Source: Escherichia phage OLB35. Taken from it: a stretch of 64,000 bases of DNA. Numbering within the stretch: position 1 is the first letter of the stretch; every line of letters begins with the position of its first letter. Below the pieces are notes generated by a model. It saw nothing but the letters and a program-made list of their open reading frames with translations, had not been told where the DNA came from and searched no databases. Made by a program: the position numbers and the translations under genes. Shown here in pieces: positions 1 to 13,156 of the stretch. The stretch lies in the sequence record MH992122.1. One strand, written 5' to 3'.

Positions 1-761
1 GTTTCCATGTATTTTTTGTTGATGACGAAGAAAAATACCGTCATGGCGTATTTGATATGCGTGGTTCTAATGTATTTGCTGTAACAAGAATTATAAGAAC
101 AAACGTTGGCTCTATTACTTCAATGGATGGTAACGCAACTTATCCATGGTTCACCGATTTCCTTTTAGGAATGGCTGGTGTTTCAGGTGGTATGGGCAGT
201 AATTGTGGTAAATTCTACGGCCCGAACGCTTTTGGCGCTGACCTCGGATATTATTCTCAATTAGTATCTTATATGGGTATGCTTCAAGATATGATTGCTC
301 CTCTTCCGGATTTTTGGTTTAACTCTGCAAACGAGCAATTAAAAGTAATGGGTAACTTTAGACAGAAAGATGTCATTATCGTTGAATCGTATGTTCGCTC
401 TTATATCGAGACCCATAAGATGGTAGGAAATACAGTAGGGTACGGTCAGGTCGGTCCTCGTGATTCATGGTCTATTTCTGAACGTTATGATAATCCAGAC
501 CATAATTTGGTAGGACGTCGAGTTGGTGAAGATCCTGCAACTAAACAAGGCGCATATAACAACCGCTGGGTTAAAGATTATGCAACTGCATTAGCTAAAG
601 AGCTTAATGGACAAATTCTTGCTAAACATCAAGGTATGATGTTACCTGGTGGTGTCACTGTTGATGGTGTTCGATTAATTGAAGAGGCTCGTTTAGAGAA
701 AGAAGCTTTACGAGAAGAGTTATATTTACTGGACCCTCCTGCAGGTATTTTGGTAGGTTAA
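1..761 (+). CDS. 13: Neck protein gp13, C-terminal part (5-prime end lies outside the window)
   Basis: Frame is open from the window edge to the stop at 761 and ends 2 nt before gp14; assignment is by conserved T4 order 13-14-15. Confidence 0.75.
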   Translation, partial: FHVFFVDDEEKYRHGVFDMRGSNVFAVTRIIRTNVGSITSMDGNATYPWFTDFLLGMAGVSGGMGSNCGKFYGPNAFGADLGYYSQLVSYMGMLQDMIAPLPDFWFNSANEQLKVMGNFRQKDVIIVESYVRSYIETHKMVGNTVGYGQVGPRDSWSISERYDNPDHNLVGRRVGEDPATKQGAYNNRWVKDYATALAKELNGQILAKHQGMMLPGGVTVDGVRLIEEARLEKEALREELYLLDPPAGILVG

Positions 762-762
762 T

Positions 763-1527
763 ATGGCAACTTATGATAAAAATCTTTTCGCCAAACTAGA
801 AAATCGTGGTGGCTATTCTAAAACTAATGAAACCGAGATTTTAAACAAATACGTGAACTTCAACAAATACGAAAATAGTCAAACCCTAGCTGATGTGTTA
901 GTAGCAGAAAGCATACAGATGCGCGGTATTGAATGTTTTTATGTTCCACGTGAATATGTTGCCGTGGACCTTATCTTTGGTGAGGACCTTAAAAATAAAT
1001 TTACTAAAGCATGGAAATTTGCTGCATATCTGAACTCTTTTGAAGGTTATGAAGGAGCGAAATCATTCTTCAGTAACTTCGGAATGCAAGTTCAAGACGA
1101 AGTTACATTATCTATTAACCCAGGTCTTTTTAAACACCAGGTCAACAATCAGGAGCCTAAGGAAGGTGATTTAATATACTTCCCAATGGACAACAGTTTG
1201 TTTGAGATTAACTGGGTTGAACCATATGACCCGTTCTATCAAGTAGGTAAAAATGCGATTCGTAAAATTACTGCAGGCAAGTTTATTTACTCTGGCGAAG
1301 AAATCAATCCGGTGCTTCAGAAAAATGAAGGTATCAATATACCTGAATTTAGTGACTTGGAACTTAACCCTGTTAGAAATCTTGACGGTATCCATGACAT
1401 TAATATCGATGAATATTCTGAAGTTGAGCAAATCAATTCAGAGGCAAGTGAATACGTTGAACCATATGTAGTAGTTAACAACCGTGGTAGACAAAATTCA
1501 CCATTTGACGATGGGTTTATGAATTAA
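763..1527 (+). CDS. 14: Neck protein gp14
   Basis: 254 aa (T4 gp14 about 256 aa); position between 13 and 15. Confidence 0.85.
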   Translation: MATYDKNLFAKLENRGGYSKTNETEILNKYVNFNKYENSQTLADVLVAESIQMRGIECFYVPREYVAVDLIFGEDLKNKFTKAWKFAAYLNSFEGYEGAKSFFSNFGMQVQDEVTLSINPGLFKHQVNNQEPKEGDLIYFPMDNSLFEINWVEPYDPFYQVGKNAIRKITAGKFIYSGEEINPVLQKNEGINIPEFSDLELNPVRNLDGIHDINIDEYSEVEQINSEASEYVEPYVVVNNRGRQNSPFDDGFMN

Positions 1528-1579
1528 TAAATAGATAAGATAAAGCAAACACCGGTCGAAAGGCCGGTTAGGAGAAATG

Positions 1580-2401
1580 ATGTTTGGTTATTTTTACAAC
1601 TCGTCGTTCAGGCGATATATCACAATGATGGGCGATTTGTTTTCAAATATCCAAGTTAACCGTCAATTGACTACAGGCAATAAATTAATTAGAGTTCCTA
1701 TTACGTATGCATCTAAAGAGCACTTTATGATGAAACTTAATAAATGGACCTCTATAAACTCACAAGAAGATGTGGCTAAAGTCGAAACTATTCTACCACG
1801 TATAAATCTCCAAATGGTAGATTTCGTTTATAACCCAACGTTTAAAACGAATATATTGAATAACTCTCTTTTGAGTAAATCGACTAAGGATATTGTAGAC
1901 CAATACAACCCATCACCAATTAAAATGATTTTTGAACTGAGCATCTTTACTCGTTATGAAGATGATATGTTCCAAATCGTTGAGCAAATTATTCCATATT
2001 TTCAGCCGCATTTTAATACGACTATGATTGAGCAGTATGGACAGGATATTCCATTTGAAAGGGATATTAAAGTCGTATGGATGGCAGCAGCAATGGATGA
2101 ACAAATAGACGGTGATAATTTATCCCGTCGACGTTTAGAGTGGTCATTAACATTTGAAGTAAATGGATGGATGTATCCTCCGGTAGGCGCAGCTGAAGGC
2201 CTTATTAAAACGACTTATCTTGATTTTCATGCTAATGAACGAGACCTTCAAACAGCCGCCAGCGTTTTTGAATCAGTTGATACAGAAATTAAACCGAGAG
2301 ACGTTGAAGCACAAGATTGGAATGGTGAAGTTGAACAAACTTATACTCATGATATTCCAATCCCGACTCCACCAACCCCTCCTGGTCCTAGAAAACAATA
2401 A
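1580..2401 (+). CDS. 15: Tail sheath stabiliser / tail completion protein gp15
   Basis: Start placed at the second Met (MFGYFYNSSFRRY...), which matches the recalled T4 gp15 N-terminus; 273 aa. Confidence 0.85.
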   Translation: MFGYFYNSSFRRYITMMGDLFSNIQVNRQLTTGNKLIRVPITYASKEHFMMKLNKWTSINSQEDVAKVETILPRINLQMVDFVYNPTFKTNILNNSLLSKSTKDIVDQYNPSPIKMIFELSIFTRYEDDMFQIVEQIIPYFQPHFNTTMIEQYGQDIPFERDIKVVWMAAAMDEQIDGDNLSRRRLEWSLTFEVNGWMYPPVGAAEGLIKTTYLDFHANERDLQTAASVFESVDTEIKPRDVEAQDWNGEVEQTYTHDIPIPTPPTPPGPRKQ

Positions 2402-4727
<2,326 letters not shown>

Positions 4728-4754
4728 AAATAAAGCAAATTAAGAGGAATTAAA

Positions 4755-6737
4755 ATGGCACTTCTCTCTCCGGGCGTTGAGCTCAAAGAAACTACCGTAC
4801 AGAGTACTGTAGTTAATAACTCCACTGGTACTGCTGCTCTGGCTGGAAAATTCCAATGGGGCCCTGCATTCCAGATTAAACAAATCACTGATGAAGTTGC
4901 ATTGGTTGATATGTTTGGTACTCCTAATACGGATACAGCAGATTATTTCATGTCTGCTATGAACTTCCTTCAATACGGTAATGACCTTCGTGTTGTACGC
5001 GCAGTTGATCGTGATACTGCTAAGAACTCATCTCCTGTAGCAGGCAATATCGAATTCACAATCTCAGCTGCAGGTAGTAACTATGCGGTTGGTGATAAAA
5101 TTATCGTTAAGTATTTGTCCGAAACTGTTGAAGCAGATGGTTATGTCACTTCAGTTGATGTCGATGGTAAAATCCTTAACATTTATATCCCAACCGGTAA
5201 AATTATTGCTCGTGCAAAAGAAATTAATGAATATCCGGCATTAGGTTCTAACTGGACCGCCGAAGTTGCCGGTTCTTCTTCTGGACTCTCTGGCGTTATT
5301 ACAATTGGTTCTATCGTAACCGATTCAGGTATTCTGTTGACTGAAGTTGAAACTTCAGAAGAAGCTATTACTTCTCTAACTTTCCAAGAATCTATTAAAA
5401 AATATGGTGTCCCAGGCGTAGTTGCTCTTTATCCTGGTGAACTTGGCGACCGGCTCGAAATTGAAATCGTATCTAAAGCAGACTATGACAAAGGTGCTTC
5501 AGCCCAGTTAAAAATTTATCCTGATGGTGGTACTCGCGCATCTACTGCTAAAGCAATCTTTGGGTATGGCCCACAAACTGATGACCAATATGCGATTATC
5601 GTTCGTCGTAACGATGCTGTAGTCCAGAGTGTAGTTCTTTCTACTAAACGCGGTGAACGCGATATTTATGGTAGTAATATCTTTATTGATGATTTCTTTG
5701 CTAAAGGCGCAAGCAATTATATTTTCGCTACTGCACAAGGTTGGCCAAAAGGTTTCTCTGGTGTAATCAAACTGAGTGGTGGCTTATCATCTAATGAAAC
5801 GGTTGACGCTGGTGATTTAATGGAAGCTTGGGATTTGTTTGCGGACCGCGAATCTGTTAATGCGCAGTTGTTTATTGCCGGTTCTTGTGCAGGTGAATCT
5901 TTAGAAGTTGCTTCTACAGTTCAGAAACATGTTGTAGCAATTGGTGATTCTCGACAAGATTGCTTGGTTCTTTGCTCACCACCACGTGCAACTATAGTCG
6001 GTATTCCTGTTAATCGTGCAGTTGATAATCTGGTTGATTGGCGTACTGCATCAGGATCTTACACTGATAATAACTTTAATGTAAGTTCTACTTATGCTGC
6101 TATTGACGGTAACTATAAATATCAATACGACAAATATAACGATGTGAATCGTTGGGTTCCGTTAGCTGCTGATATTGCCGGTCTTTGTGCTCGCACAGAC
6201 AATATTTCTCAGCCTTGGATGTCTCCGGCCGGTTATAACCGCGGACAAATTCTTAACGTTATTAAGCTTGCAATTGAAACTCGTCAACCACAACGTGATC
6301 GTTTGTATCAGGAAGCTATTAACCCTGTTACTGGTACCGGTGGTGACGGATATGTTCTGTACGGCGATAAAACTGCCACTTCCGTTCCTTCACCATTTGA
6401 CCGTATTAACGTTCGTCGTTTGTTCAATATGGTTAAAACGAACATTGGTTCAGCATCTAAATATCGCCTGTTTGAATTGAACAACGCATTTACCCGTTCT
6501 TCTTTCCGTACAGAGACTTCTCAATATCTACAGGGTATTAAAGCTCTCGGTGGTGTATATAACTTTAAAGTTGTTTGTGATACTACCAATAACACCCCAG
6601 CAGTTATCGACCGTAATGAATTTGTAGCTACTTTCTACTTACAACCTGCCCGCTCGATAAATTATATTACGTTGAACTTTGTAGCAACAGCAACTGGTGC
6701 CGATTTCGACGAACTGATTGGTGCTGTAGGTGGTTAA
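4755..6737 (+). CDS. 18: Tail sheath protein gp18
   Basis: 660 aa (T4 659); TATAAATA late promoter at 4720 upstream. Confidence 0.95.
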   Translation: MALLSPGVELKETTVQSTVVNNSTGTAALAGKFQWGPAFQIKQITDEVALVDMFGTPNTDTADYFMSAMNFLQYGNDLRVVRAVDRDTAKNSSPVAGNIEFTISAAGSNYAVGDKIIVKYLSETVEADGYVTSVDVDGKILNIYIPTGKIIARAKEINEYPALGSNWTAEVAGSSSGLSGVITIGSIVTDSGILLTEVETSEEAITSLTFQESIKKYGVPGVVALYPGELGDRLEIEIVSKADYDKGASAQLKIYPDGGTRASTAKAIFGYGPQTDDQYAIIVRRNDAVVQSVVLSTKRGERDIYGSNIFIDDFFAKGASNYIFATAQGWPKGFSGVIKLSGGLSSNETVDAGDLMEAWDLFADRESVNAQLFIAGSCAGESLEVASTVQKHVVAIGDSRQDCLVLCSPPRATIVGIPVNRAVDNLVDWRTASGSYTDNNFNVSSTYAAIDGNYKYQYDKYNDVNRWVPLAADIAGLCARTDNISQPWMSPAGYNRGQILNVIKLAIETRQPQRDRLYQEAINPVTGTGGDGYVLYGDKTATSVPSPFDRINVRRLFNMVKTNIGSASKYRLFELNNAFTRSSFRTETSQYLQGIKALGGVYNFKVVCDTTNNTPAVIDRNEFVATFYLQPARSINYITLNFVATATGADFDELIGAVGG

Positions 6738-6750
6738 TAAGACGCCTGAT

Positions 6751-6768
6751 GGGCTATTTCGGTAGCCC
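6751..6768 (+). terminator. Hairpin GGGCUA-UUUCGG-UAGCCC downstream of gp18
   Basis: 6-bp stem seen directly; followed immediately by the gene 19 late promoter, no long U-tract. Confidence 0.45.
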
Positions 6769-6769
6769 A

Positions 6770-6777
6770 TATAAATA
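6770..6777 (+). promoter_or_regulatory. Late promoter TATAAATA (gene 19)
   Basis: Exact TATAAATA directly after the gp18 terminator hairpin. Confidence 0.7.
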
Positions 6778-6849
6778 TACTATATCGTTTAAAAATTAAT
6801 TCTATGGGCATCTGGTTAATCCTAAGCCCATATTACTACAGAGGCTAAT

Positions 6850-7341
6850 ATGTTTGTAGATGATGTAACTCGCGCCTTCGAATCTGGTGATTTCGCTCGC
6901 CCTAACCTGTTCGAAGTAGAAATCTCTTATCTTGGGCAAAACTTTAGCTTCCAGTGTCGTGCTACGGCTCTTCCTGCTGCAATTGTTGAAAAGGTTCCTG
7001 TTTCTTATATGAACCGTAAAATTAACGTGGCCGGTGATCGTACATTCGATGATTGGACTATTACAGTAATGAACGACGATGCTCATAGTATTCGTCAGAA
7101 ATTTGTTGATTGGCAAGGTATTGCAGCAGGTCAAGGTAATGAAATTACCGGTGGTAAACCTGCTGAATATAAAAAGACTGCTATCGTTCGTCAATTTGCT
7201 CGTGATGCTAAAACGGTCACTAAAGAAGTTGAAATTGTTGGCTTGTGGCCTACTAACGTTGGTGAAGTATCTCTTGACTGGGATTCGAATAACGAGATTG
7301 AAACGTTCGAAGTAACTCTTGCTCTTGATTGGTGGGAATAA
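6850..7341 (+). CDS. 19: Tail tube protein gp19
   Basis: 163 aa as in T4; late promoter at 6770. Confidence 0.95.
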   Translation: MFVDDVTRAFESGDFARPNLFEVEISYLGQNFSFQCRATALPAAIVEKVPVSYMNRKINVAGDRTFDDWTITVMNDDAHSIRQKFVDWQGIAAGQGNEITGGKPAEYKKTAIVRQFARDAKTVTKEVEIVGLWPTNVGEVSLDWDSNNEIETFEVTLALDWWE

Positions 7342-7389
7342 TCTGGTTGGGGAGAAATCCCCAGCTTCCCGTGATGACGGAGAAGTCCA

Positions 7390-7397
7390 TATAAATA
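7390..7397 (+). promoter_or_regulatory. Late promoter TATAAATA (gene 20)
   Basis: Exact TATAAATA about 30 nt upstream of the gp20 ATG. Confidence 0.7.
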
Positions 7398-7425
7398 TAA
7401 CTATAATTCCCATTCGGAGAATACA

Positions 7426-8997
7426 ATGAAATTTAATATCTTAAGTTTGTTTGCTCCATGGGCAAAAATGGACGAACGTGATTACAAAGACCAAGAAAAA
7501 GAAAATTTAGAATCGATCACCACACCAAAATTGGACGACGGTGCGAAAGAATACGAAGTATCTGAAAATGAAGCACAGCAAACATATAATGCTATGTTTC
7601 AGAGAATGTTCGGTAGCCAAGAACCTGGGCTCAAATCAACCCGTGAATTAATCGATACGTATCGAAATTTGATGACGAACTATGAAGTGGATAATGCAGT
7701 CTCTGAAATAGTTTCCGATGCTATCGTATATGAAGATGATACAGAAGTCGTTTCTATAAATTTAGACAACACAAAATTTAGCCCAAATATCAAATCAATG
7801 ATGTTGGATGAATTTAACGAAGTGTTAAATCATTTATCTTTCCAACGTAAAGGTTCAGACCATTTTAGACGTTGGTATGTGGATTCTCGAATTTTCTTCC
7901 ATAAAATTATTGACCCTAAACGCCCTAAAGAAGGTATTAAAGAGCTTCGTCGTTTAGACCCACGTCAAGTTCAATATGTCCGTGAAGTTATTACAACCAC
8001 TGAAGCCGGTGTTAAAATAGTCAAGGGTTATAAAGAATATTTCATTTATGACACATCACACGAATCTTATGCTTGTGATGGTCGCATATATGAAGCTGGC
8101 ACAAAAATAAAAATCCCTAAAGCCGCGATTGTTTATGCCCATTCTGGTTTAGTTGATTGCTGTGGTAAAAATATCATTGGTTATTTGCATCGGGCTATTA
8201 AGCCGGCGAACCAATTAAAACTTCTTGAAGATGCCGTCGTAATTTATCGTATTACTCGTGCTCCAGATCGTCGTGTATGGTACGTTGATACAGGTAATAT
8301 GCCTTCAAGAAAAGCAGCAGAACATATGCAACATGTTATGAATACGATGAAAAACCGTATTGCATATGATGCTACTACAGGCAAGATTAAAAACCAGCAG
8401 CATATTATGTCGATGACCGAAGATTATTGGTTACAACGACGTGATGGTAAAGCAGTAACAGAAGTTGATACATTACCGGGTGCAGATAATACCGGAAATA
8501 TGGAAGATGTACGTTGGTTCCGTAATGCGCTTTATATGGCTTTACGTATTCCTATTACCCGTATTCCAAGCGACCAAGGTGGTATACAGTTTGATGCTGG
8601 TACTTCTATTACACGAGATGAATTGTCATTTGGTAAATTTATTCGTGAGCTGCAACATAAATTTGAAGAGATATTCCTAGACCCGCTTAAAACTAATTTA
8701 ATTCTTAAAGGAATTATTACAGAAGATGAGTGGAATGATGAAATAAATAATATTAAGATAAAATTTCATCGGGATAGTTATTTCTCGGAATTAAAGGATG
8801 CTGAGATTCTGGAGCGTCGCATTAATATGCTTCAGATGGCCGAACCATTTATTGGTAAATATATTTCTCACAGAACAGCTATGAAAGATATTCTTCAGAT
8901 GTCTGACGAGGAAATTGAACAAGAGGCTAAGCAAATTGAAGAAGAGTCGAAAGAGGCTCGTTTCCAAGACCCCGACCAAGAACAAGAGGATTTTTAA
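7426..8997 (+). CDS. 20: Portal vertex protein gp20
   Basis: 523 aa (T4 524); late promoter at 7390. Confidence 0.95.
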   Translation: MKFNILSLFAPWAKMDERDYKDQEKENLESITTPKLDDGAKEYEVSENEAQQTYNAMFQRMFGSQEPGLKSTRELIDTYRNLMTNYEVDNAVSEIVSDAIVYEDDTEVVSINLDNTKFSPNIKSMMLDEFNEVLNHLSFQRKGSDHFRRWYVDSRIFFHKIIDPKRPKEGIKELRRLDPRQVQYVREVITTTEAGVKIVKGYKEYFIYDTSHESYACDGRIYEAGTKIKIPKAAIVYAHSGLVDCCGKNIIGYLHRAIKPANQLKLLEDAVVIYRITRAPDRRVWYVDTGNMPSRKAAEHMQHVMNTMKNRIAYDATTGKIKNQQHIMSMTEDYWLQRRDGKAVTEVDTLPGADNTGNMEDVRWFRNALYMALRIPITRIPSDQGGIQFDAGTSITRDELSFGKFIRELQHKFEEIFLDPLKTNLILKGIITEDEWNDEINNIKIKFHRDSYFSELKDAEILERRINMLQMAEPFIGKYISHRTAMKDILQMSDEEIEQEAKQIEEESKEARFQDPDQEQEDF

Positions 8998-9236
8998 TGG
9001 ACGATTTAATTCAAGCTATTAAATCAAACGACCTCGTTGCTACTCGAAAGTTTTTTGAAAGTGCAATGGCAGAAAAAACGGTTCGTTTGATTGAAGCACG
9101 CAAAGCAGAAATCGCTTCTCAATTTTTGATTGAAGGCGAAGAACCTGAAGAAGAAGAAAAGAAAGCTAAAGCTTCGGAAGACGACGCTGATGAAGGCGAT
9201 GACGACGAAGACGAAGATGATGAGGACGATGAATAA
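8997..9236 (+). CDS. 67: Prohead core protein gp67 (acidic C-terminal tail)
   Basis: 79 aa with a poly-D/E tail; position between 20 and 68 as in T4. Confidence 0.8.
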   Translation: MDDLIQAIKSNDLVATRKFFESAMAEKTVRLIEARKAEIASQFLIEGEEPEEEEKKAKASEDDADEGDDDEDEDDEDDE

Positions 9237-9661
9237 TGTATCTTATCCCTGAATCTTATGAATTGGTACTCGAAAATGTCGAAGCACTTATTCCTGAAGC
9301 ACAGGGCCGAATCGATGCATTGTCTTCTGCTCTCGATATTGACGATATAAATACTATTATCGAGAACATGCTTGAAACTGAAACGGATTTAGCTGTTGCA
9401 ATGGCTTCCATTATTAATGAAGAGCAGTTAAATGAGTTTATCGTTAAACATGTTTCTTCTCGTGGTGAAGTCACCCGCACTAAAGACCGTAAAACTCGTG
9501 AACGTAACGCGTTCCAAACAACCGGTCTTTCTAAAGCAAAACGTAGACAAATCGCTCGTAAGGTCGTTAAAGCTAAAAAAGCTAACCCTTCAGGCCAAGT
9601 TAAAGGCATGCGTAAGCGTAAAAAAGCTCTTAAACGTCGTAAAGCATTAGGATTAAGCTAA
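9236..9661 (+). CDS. 68: Prohead core protein gp68
   Basis: 141 aa as in T4; ATGA-type overlap with neighbours. Confidence 0.8.
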   Translation: MYLIPESYELVLENVEALIPEAQGRIDALSSALDIDDINTIIENMLETETDLAVAMASIINEEQLNEFIVKHVSSRGEVTRTKDRKTRERNAFQTTGLSKAKRRQIARKVVKAKKANPSGQVKGMRKRKKALKRRKALGLS

Positions 9662-10302
9662 TGAATAAACCCGAGTTACTTATTGAAACTTGGGGTCAAC
9701 CCGGTGAGATTATTGATGGCGTTCCAATGTTGGAATCTCATGATGGAAAAGATTCTGGCTTAAAACCAGGGCTTTATATAGAAGGTATTTTTCTTCAGGC
9801 AGAGGTTGTTAACCGAAATAAACGTTTATATCCTAAACGTGTTTTGGAAAAAGCCGTAAGCGACTATATTAAAGAACAAGTCGCAACCAAACAAGCCCTT
9901 GGAGAATTAAATCATCCACCTCGTGCAAATGTTGACCCTATGCAAGCCGCTATCATTATTGAAGATATGTGGTGGAAAGGAAACGATGTATATGGACGTG
10001 CTAGAATTATTGAAGGTGACCATGGTCCCGGCGATAAATTAGCTGCTAATATACGAGCTGGTTGGATTCCAGGTGTTTCCTCTCGTGGTCTTGGTTCTTT
10101 AACCGACACCAATAAAGGGTACCATATCGTGAACGAAGGATTTAAATTAACCGTCGGTGTAGATGCCGTATGGGGTCCTTCTGCTCCAGATGCTTGGGTT
10201 ACTCCTAAACAAATATCAGAATCAGAAAATTCGGTGGAAATCACCAAAAACAGTGCTGATGAAGCATTTAAAGCTCTCGCAGAGAGTTTAAAAGCATTAT
10301 AA
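9661..10302 (+). CDS. 21: Prohead core protease gp21
   Basis: 213 aa (T4 212); synteny. Confidence 0.9.
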   Translation: MNKPELLIETWGQPGEIIDGVPMLESHDGKDSGLKPGLYIEGIFLQAEVVNRNKRLYPKRVLEKAVSDYIKEQVATKQALGELNHPPRANVDPMQAAIIIEDMWWKGNDVYGRARIIEGDHGPGDKLAANIRAGWIPGVSSRGLGSLTDTNKGYHIVNEGFKLTVGVDAVWGPSAPDAWVTPKQISESENSVEITKNSADEAFKALAESLKAL

Positions 10303-10335
10303 ATAATAATGTAATCTAAACCACAGGACACTAAA

Positions 10336-11148
10336 ATGATCAAAGAACAACTTTTGAAAGAAGCTCAGAATATCGAGACTTCAGTTGCTCTTAATAGTGT
10401 TTTCGAATCAGTAGAACTGTCTCCGGACGTTAAAGCTAATTTCAGCACTGTATTCGAAGCCACCGTTAAGCAGGAAGCAGTCAAACTAGCTGAATCTCAT
10501 ATCAAAGCTATCGCCGAAAAAGCCGAAGAAGAAGTTGAAAAGGCTAAAGAAGATGCTGAAGAGAAAGCTGATAAAAAATTGGCTGAACAAGCTTCTAAAT
10601 TCCTGGACCATCTTGCAAAAGAATGGCTCGCAGAAAACCAAATCGCAGTTGATAAAGGCATTAAAGCTGATTTGTTCGAATCCATGCTTGGTGGTCTGAA
10701 AGAACTGTTTGTTGAACATAACGTTGTTGTTCCAGAAGAATCTGTAGATGTTGTAGCAGAAATGGAAGAAGAGCTGGCCGAACATAAAGAAGAAACCGCT
10801 CGTTTGTTCGAAGAAGTTACCAAACGTGATGCATATATCAATTACGTTCAGCGTGAAACCGCTATTAATGAAAGCGTAAAAGACCTGACTGAATCTCAGA
10901 AAGAAAAAGTTATTGGCCTGGTTGAAGGTATGGATTATTCTGACGCATTTGGTACTAAGTTAACTGCTATTGTAGAAATGGTTAAAGGTTCTACTAAAGA
11001 AGAAGCCGCTATTACCGAAAGTATAAATACAGTTGACAATGACGCTGCCGGTCTTAATTTTGTTGCCGAAGCAGTTGACACTACCACAACTCAGGTAGAA
11101 CAGAATTCTAATGTAAGTTTATATGCGAAAGTCGCATCTCGTTTCTAA
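10336..11148 (+). CDS. 22: Prohead core scaffold protein gp22
   Basis: 270 aa, E/K-rich coiled-coil-like sequence; T4 gp22 is 269 aa. Confidence 0.9.
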   Translation: MIKEQLLKEAQNIETSVALNSVFESVELSPDVKANFSTVFEATVKQEAVKLAESHIKAIAEKAEEEVEKAKEDAEEKADKKLAEQASKFLDHLAKEWLAENQIAVDKGIKADLFESMLGGLKELFVEHNVVVPEESVDVVAEMEEELAEHKEETARLFEEVTKRDAYINYVQRETAINESVKDLTESQKEKVIGLVEGMDYSDAFGTKLTAIVEMVKGSTKEEAAITESINTVDNDAAGLNFVAEAVDTTTTQVEQNSNVSLYAKVASRF

Positions 11149-11165
11149 TTTAAAGGTTAACACAA

Positions 11166-12734
11166 ATGACTACTATCAAAACTAAAGCTCAGCTCGTAGA
11201 CAAATGGAAAGAACTGCTGGAAGGTGAAGGCCTGCCGGAAATCGCTAATAGCAAGCAGGCTATTATCGCTAAAATCTTCGAAAACCAGGAAAAAGATTTC
11301 GAAGTATCCCCTGAATATAAAGACGAGAAAATCGCTCAGGCATTTGGTTCTTTCTTGACCGAAGCTGAAATTGGTGGTGACCATGGTTATAATGCTCAGA
11401 ACATCGCAGCAGGTCAAACCTCTGGTGCAGTAACCCAAATTGGGCCGGCAGTTATGGGTATGGTTCGTCGTGCTATTCCTAATCTGATCGCTTTTGATAT
11501 TTGTGGTGTTCAGCCTATGAACAGCCCGACCGGTCAGGTATTTGCTCTCCGTGCAGTATATGGTAAAGACCCTATCGCTGCTGGCGCTAAAGAAGCTTTC
11601 CATCCGATGTATGCCCCAGACGCGATGTTCTCTGGTCAGGGTGCTGCTAAGAAATTCCCAGCTCTGGCTGCTGACACTACTACTGTTGTAGGTGATATCT
11701 ATACTCACTTCTTCCAAGAAACTGGTACTGTATATCTGCAAGCTTCTGCTGTCGTAACACTTGATTCTGGTGCAACTGATGCAGCTAAATTAGATGCAGA
11801 AGTTAAGAAACAAATGGAAGCTGGTGCACTGGTAGAAATCGCTGAAGGTATGGCTACTTCTATCGCTGAACTCCAGGAAGGTTTCAACGGTTCTACCGAT
11901 AACCCATGGAATGAAATGGGCTTCCGTATCGATAAACAAGTTATCGAAGCTAAATCTCGCCAGCTGAAAGCTGCTTACTCTATCGAATTAGCACAAGACC
12001 TCCGTGCAGTACACGGTATGGATGCTGATGCTGAACTGAGCGGTATTCTGGCTACAGAAATTATGCTAGAAATCAACCGTGAAGTTGTTGATTGGATTAA
12101 CTACTCAGCACAGGTCGGTAAATCTGGTATGACCCTGACTCCTGGTTCTAAAGCTGGTGTATTTGACTTCCAGGACCCGATTGATATCCGTGGTGCTCGT
12201 TGGGCCGGTGAAAGCTTTAAATCTCTGTTGTTCCAGATTGATAAAGAAGCAGTTGAAATTGCTCGTCAAACCGGTCGTGGTGAAGGTAACTTCATTATCG
12301 CTTCCCGTAACGTAGTTAACGTACTGGCTTCAGTTGATACTGGTATTTCTTACGCTGCACAGGGTCTGGCTTCTGGTTTTAATACCGACACTACTAAGTC
12401 TGTATTTGCCGGTGTACTTGGTGGTAAATACCGCGTATACATCGACCAGTATGCTAAACAGGATTACTTCACCGTTGGTTACAAAGGCGCTAACGAAATG
12501 GATGCAGGTATCTACTATGCTCCTTACGTTGCACTTACCCCACTGCGTGGTTCCGATCCTAAGAACTTCCAGCCGGTAATGGGCTTTAAAACTCGTTACG
12601 GTATCGGTGTTAACCCGTTTGCTGAAAGTTCCCTGCAGGCTCCAGGTGCTCGCATCCAGTCCGGTATGCCGTCTATCCTGAACAGCCTTGGTAAGAACGC
12701 TTACTTCCGCCGTGTATATGTAAAAGGCATCTAA
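11166..12734 (+). CDS. 23: Major capsid protein gp23
   Basis: 522 aa; N-terminus and long internal stretches match recalled T4 gp23 (LLEGEGLPEIANSKQAIIAKIFENQEKDF...). Confidence 0.97.
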   Translation: MTTIKTKAQLVDKWKELLEGEGLPEIANSKQAIIAKIFENQEKDFEVSPEYKDEKIAQAFGSFLTEAEIGGDHGYNAQNIAAGQTSGAVTQIGPAVMGMVRRAIPNLIAFDICGVQPMNSPTGQVFALRAVYGKDPIAAGAKEAFHPMYAPDAMFSGQGAAKKFPALAADTTTVVGDIYTHFFQETGTVYLQASAVVTLDSGATDAAKLDAEVKKQMEAGALVEIAEGMATSIAELQEGFNGSTDNPWNEMGFRIDKQVIEAKSRQLKAAYSIELAQDLRAVHGMDADAELSGILATEIMLEINREVVDWINYSAQVGKSGMTLTPGSKAGVFDFQDPIDIRGARWAGESFKSLLFQIDKEAVEIARQTGRGEGNFIIASRNVVNVLASVDTGISYAAQGLASGFNTDTTKSVFAGVLGGKYRVYIDQYAKQDYFTVGYKGANEMDAGIYYAPYVALTPLRGSDPKNFQPVMGFKTRYGIGVNPFAESSLQAPGARIQSGMPSILNSLGKNAYFRRVYVKGI

Positions 12735-12758
12735 TCTTAATTGATTAAATCTTATTTT

Positions 12759-12776
12759 GGGAGACTTCGGTCTCCC
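12759..12776 (+). terminator. Intrinsic terminator GGGAGAC-UUCG-GUCUCCC plus U-tract after gene 23
   Basis: Perfect 7-bp stem with UUCG tetraloop followed by AUUUUUGGUUUU. Confidence 0.8.
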
Positions 12777-12786
12777 ATTTTTGGTT

Positions 12787-13056
12787 TTATTTCTGTGCAA
12801 TTTCGATGTAAGTTTTCAAAATATTTTGCCAATTAGGCATACCTTCTTGGACATATGCTGGAGAACCGTCTTTGTTTTTGAATGATGCAAGTTTATCAGT
12901 GGCCCAATAGCCTTTAGCTCGAGCTTCAGAATCAACTTTCATCCATACTTTGTTGAAGGCATTACCATTAACTTTTGCACCATATTTTTCTACTAACTTA
13001 ACTGCTTCAGCTTCCAGAACTTTTAAAGTATCTCGTAAGAAACGTGCTTTAGTCAT
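12787..13056 (-). CDS. Hypothetical 89-aa protein on the opposite strand between genes 23 and 24
   Basis: ORF with a GAGGA Shine-Dalgarno about 9 nt upstream and its own early-type promoter (13087-13116); no recognisable motif. Confidence 0.55.
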   Translation of the reverse strand: MTKARFLRDTLKVLEAEAVKLVEKYGAKVNGNAFNKVWMKVDSEARAKGYWATDKLASFKNKDGSPAYVQEGMPNWQNILKTYIEIAQK

Positions 13057-13086
13057 TTTGTTTACTCCTCTGTAGTTGATAAGTCT

Positions 13087-13116
13087 ATAGTATCACATAC
13101 CAAATACGTTGTAAAC
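13087..13116 (-). promoter_or_regulatory. Early-type promoter (GTTTAC -35, 18-nt spacer, TACTAT -10) for the 89-aa minus-strand ORF
   Basis: Minus strand reads GTTTACAACGTATTTGGTATGTGATACTAT; same cassette as the other early promoters in the window. Confidence 0.6.
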
Positions 13117-13122
13117 AATCTT

Positions 13123-13130
13123 TATAAATA
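13123..13130 (+). promoter_or_regulatory. Late promoter TATAAATA (gene 24)
   Basis: Exact TATAAATA about 27 nt upstream of the gp24 ATG. Confidence 0.7.
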
Positions 13131-13156
13131 ATCTATATCACATAAGGAAAAATGCA

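Noticed and set aside
6802-7413. 203-aa minus-strand ORF overlapping gene 19
   Set aside because: Antisense to a well-supported tail tube gene; low-complexity translation; no promoter or SD context.
11157-11741. 194-aa minus-strand ORF overlapping the 5-prime part of gene 23
   Set aside because: Shadow ORF antisense to the major capsid gene; Ser/Cys-rich nonsense-like sequence.
12330-12800. 156-aa minus-strand ORF overlapping the 3-prime part of gene 23
   Set aside because: Antisense shadow ORF; the neighbouring 89-aa ORF (12787-13056) is the supported minus-strand gene.
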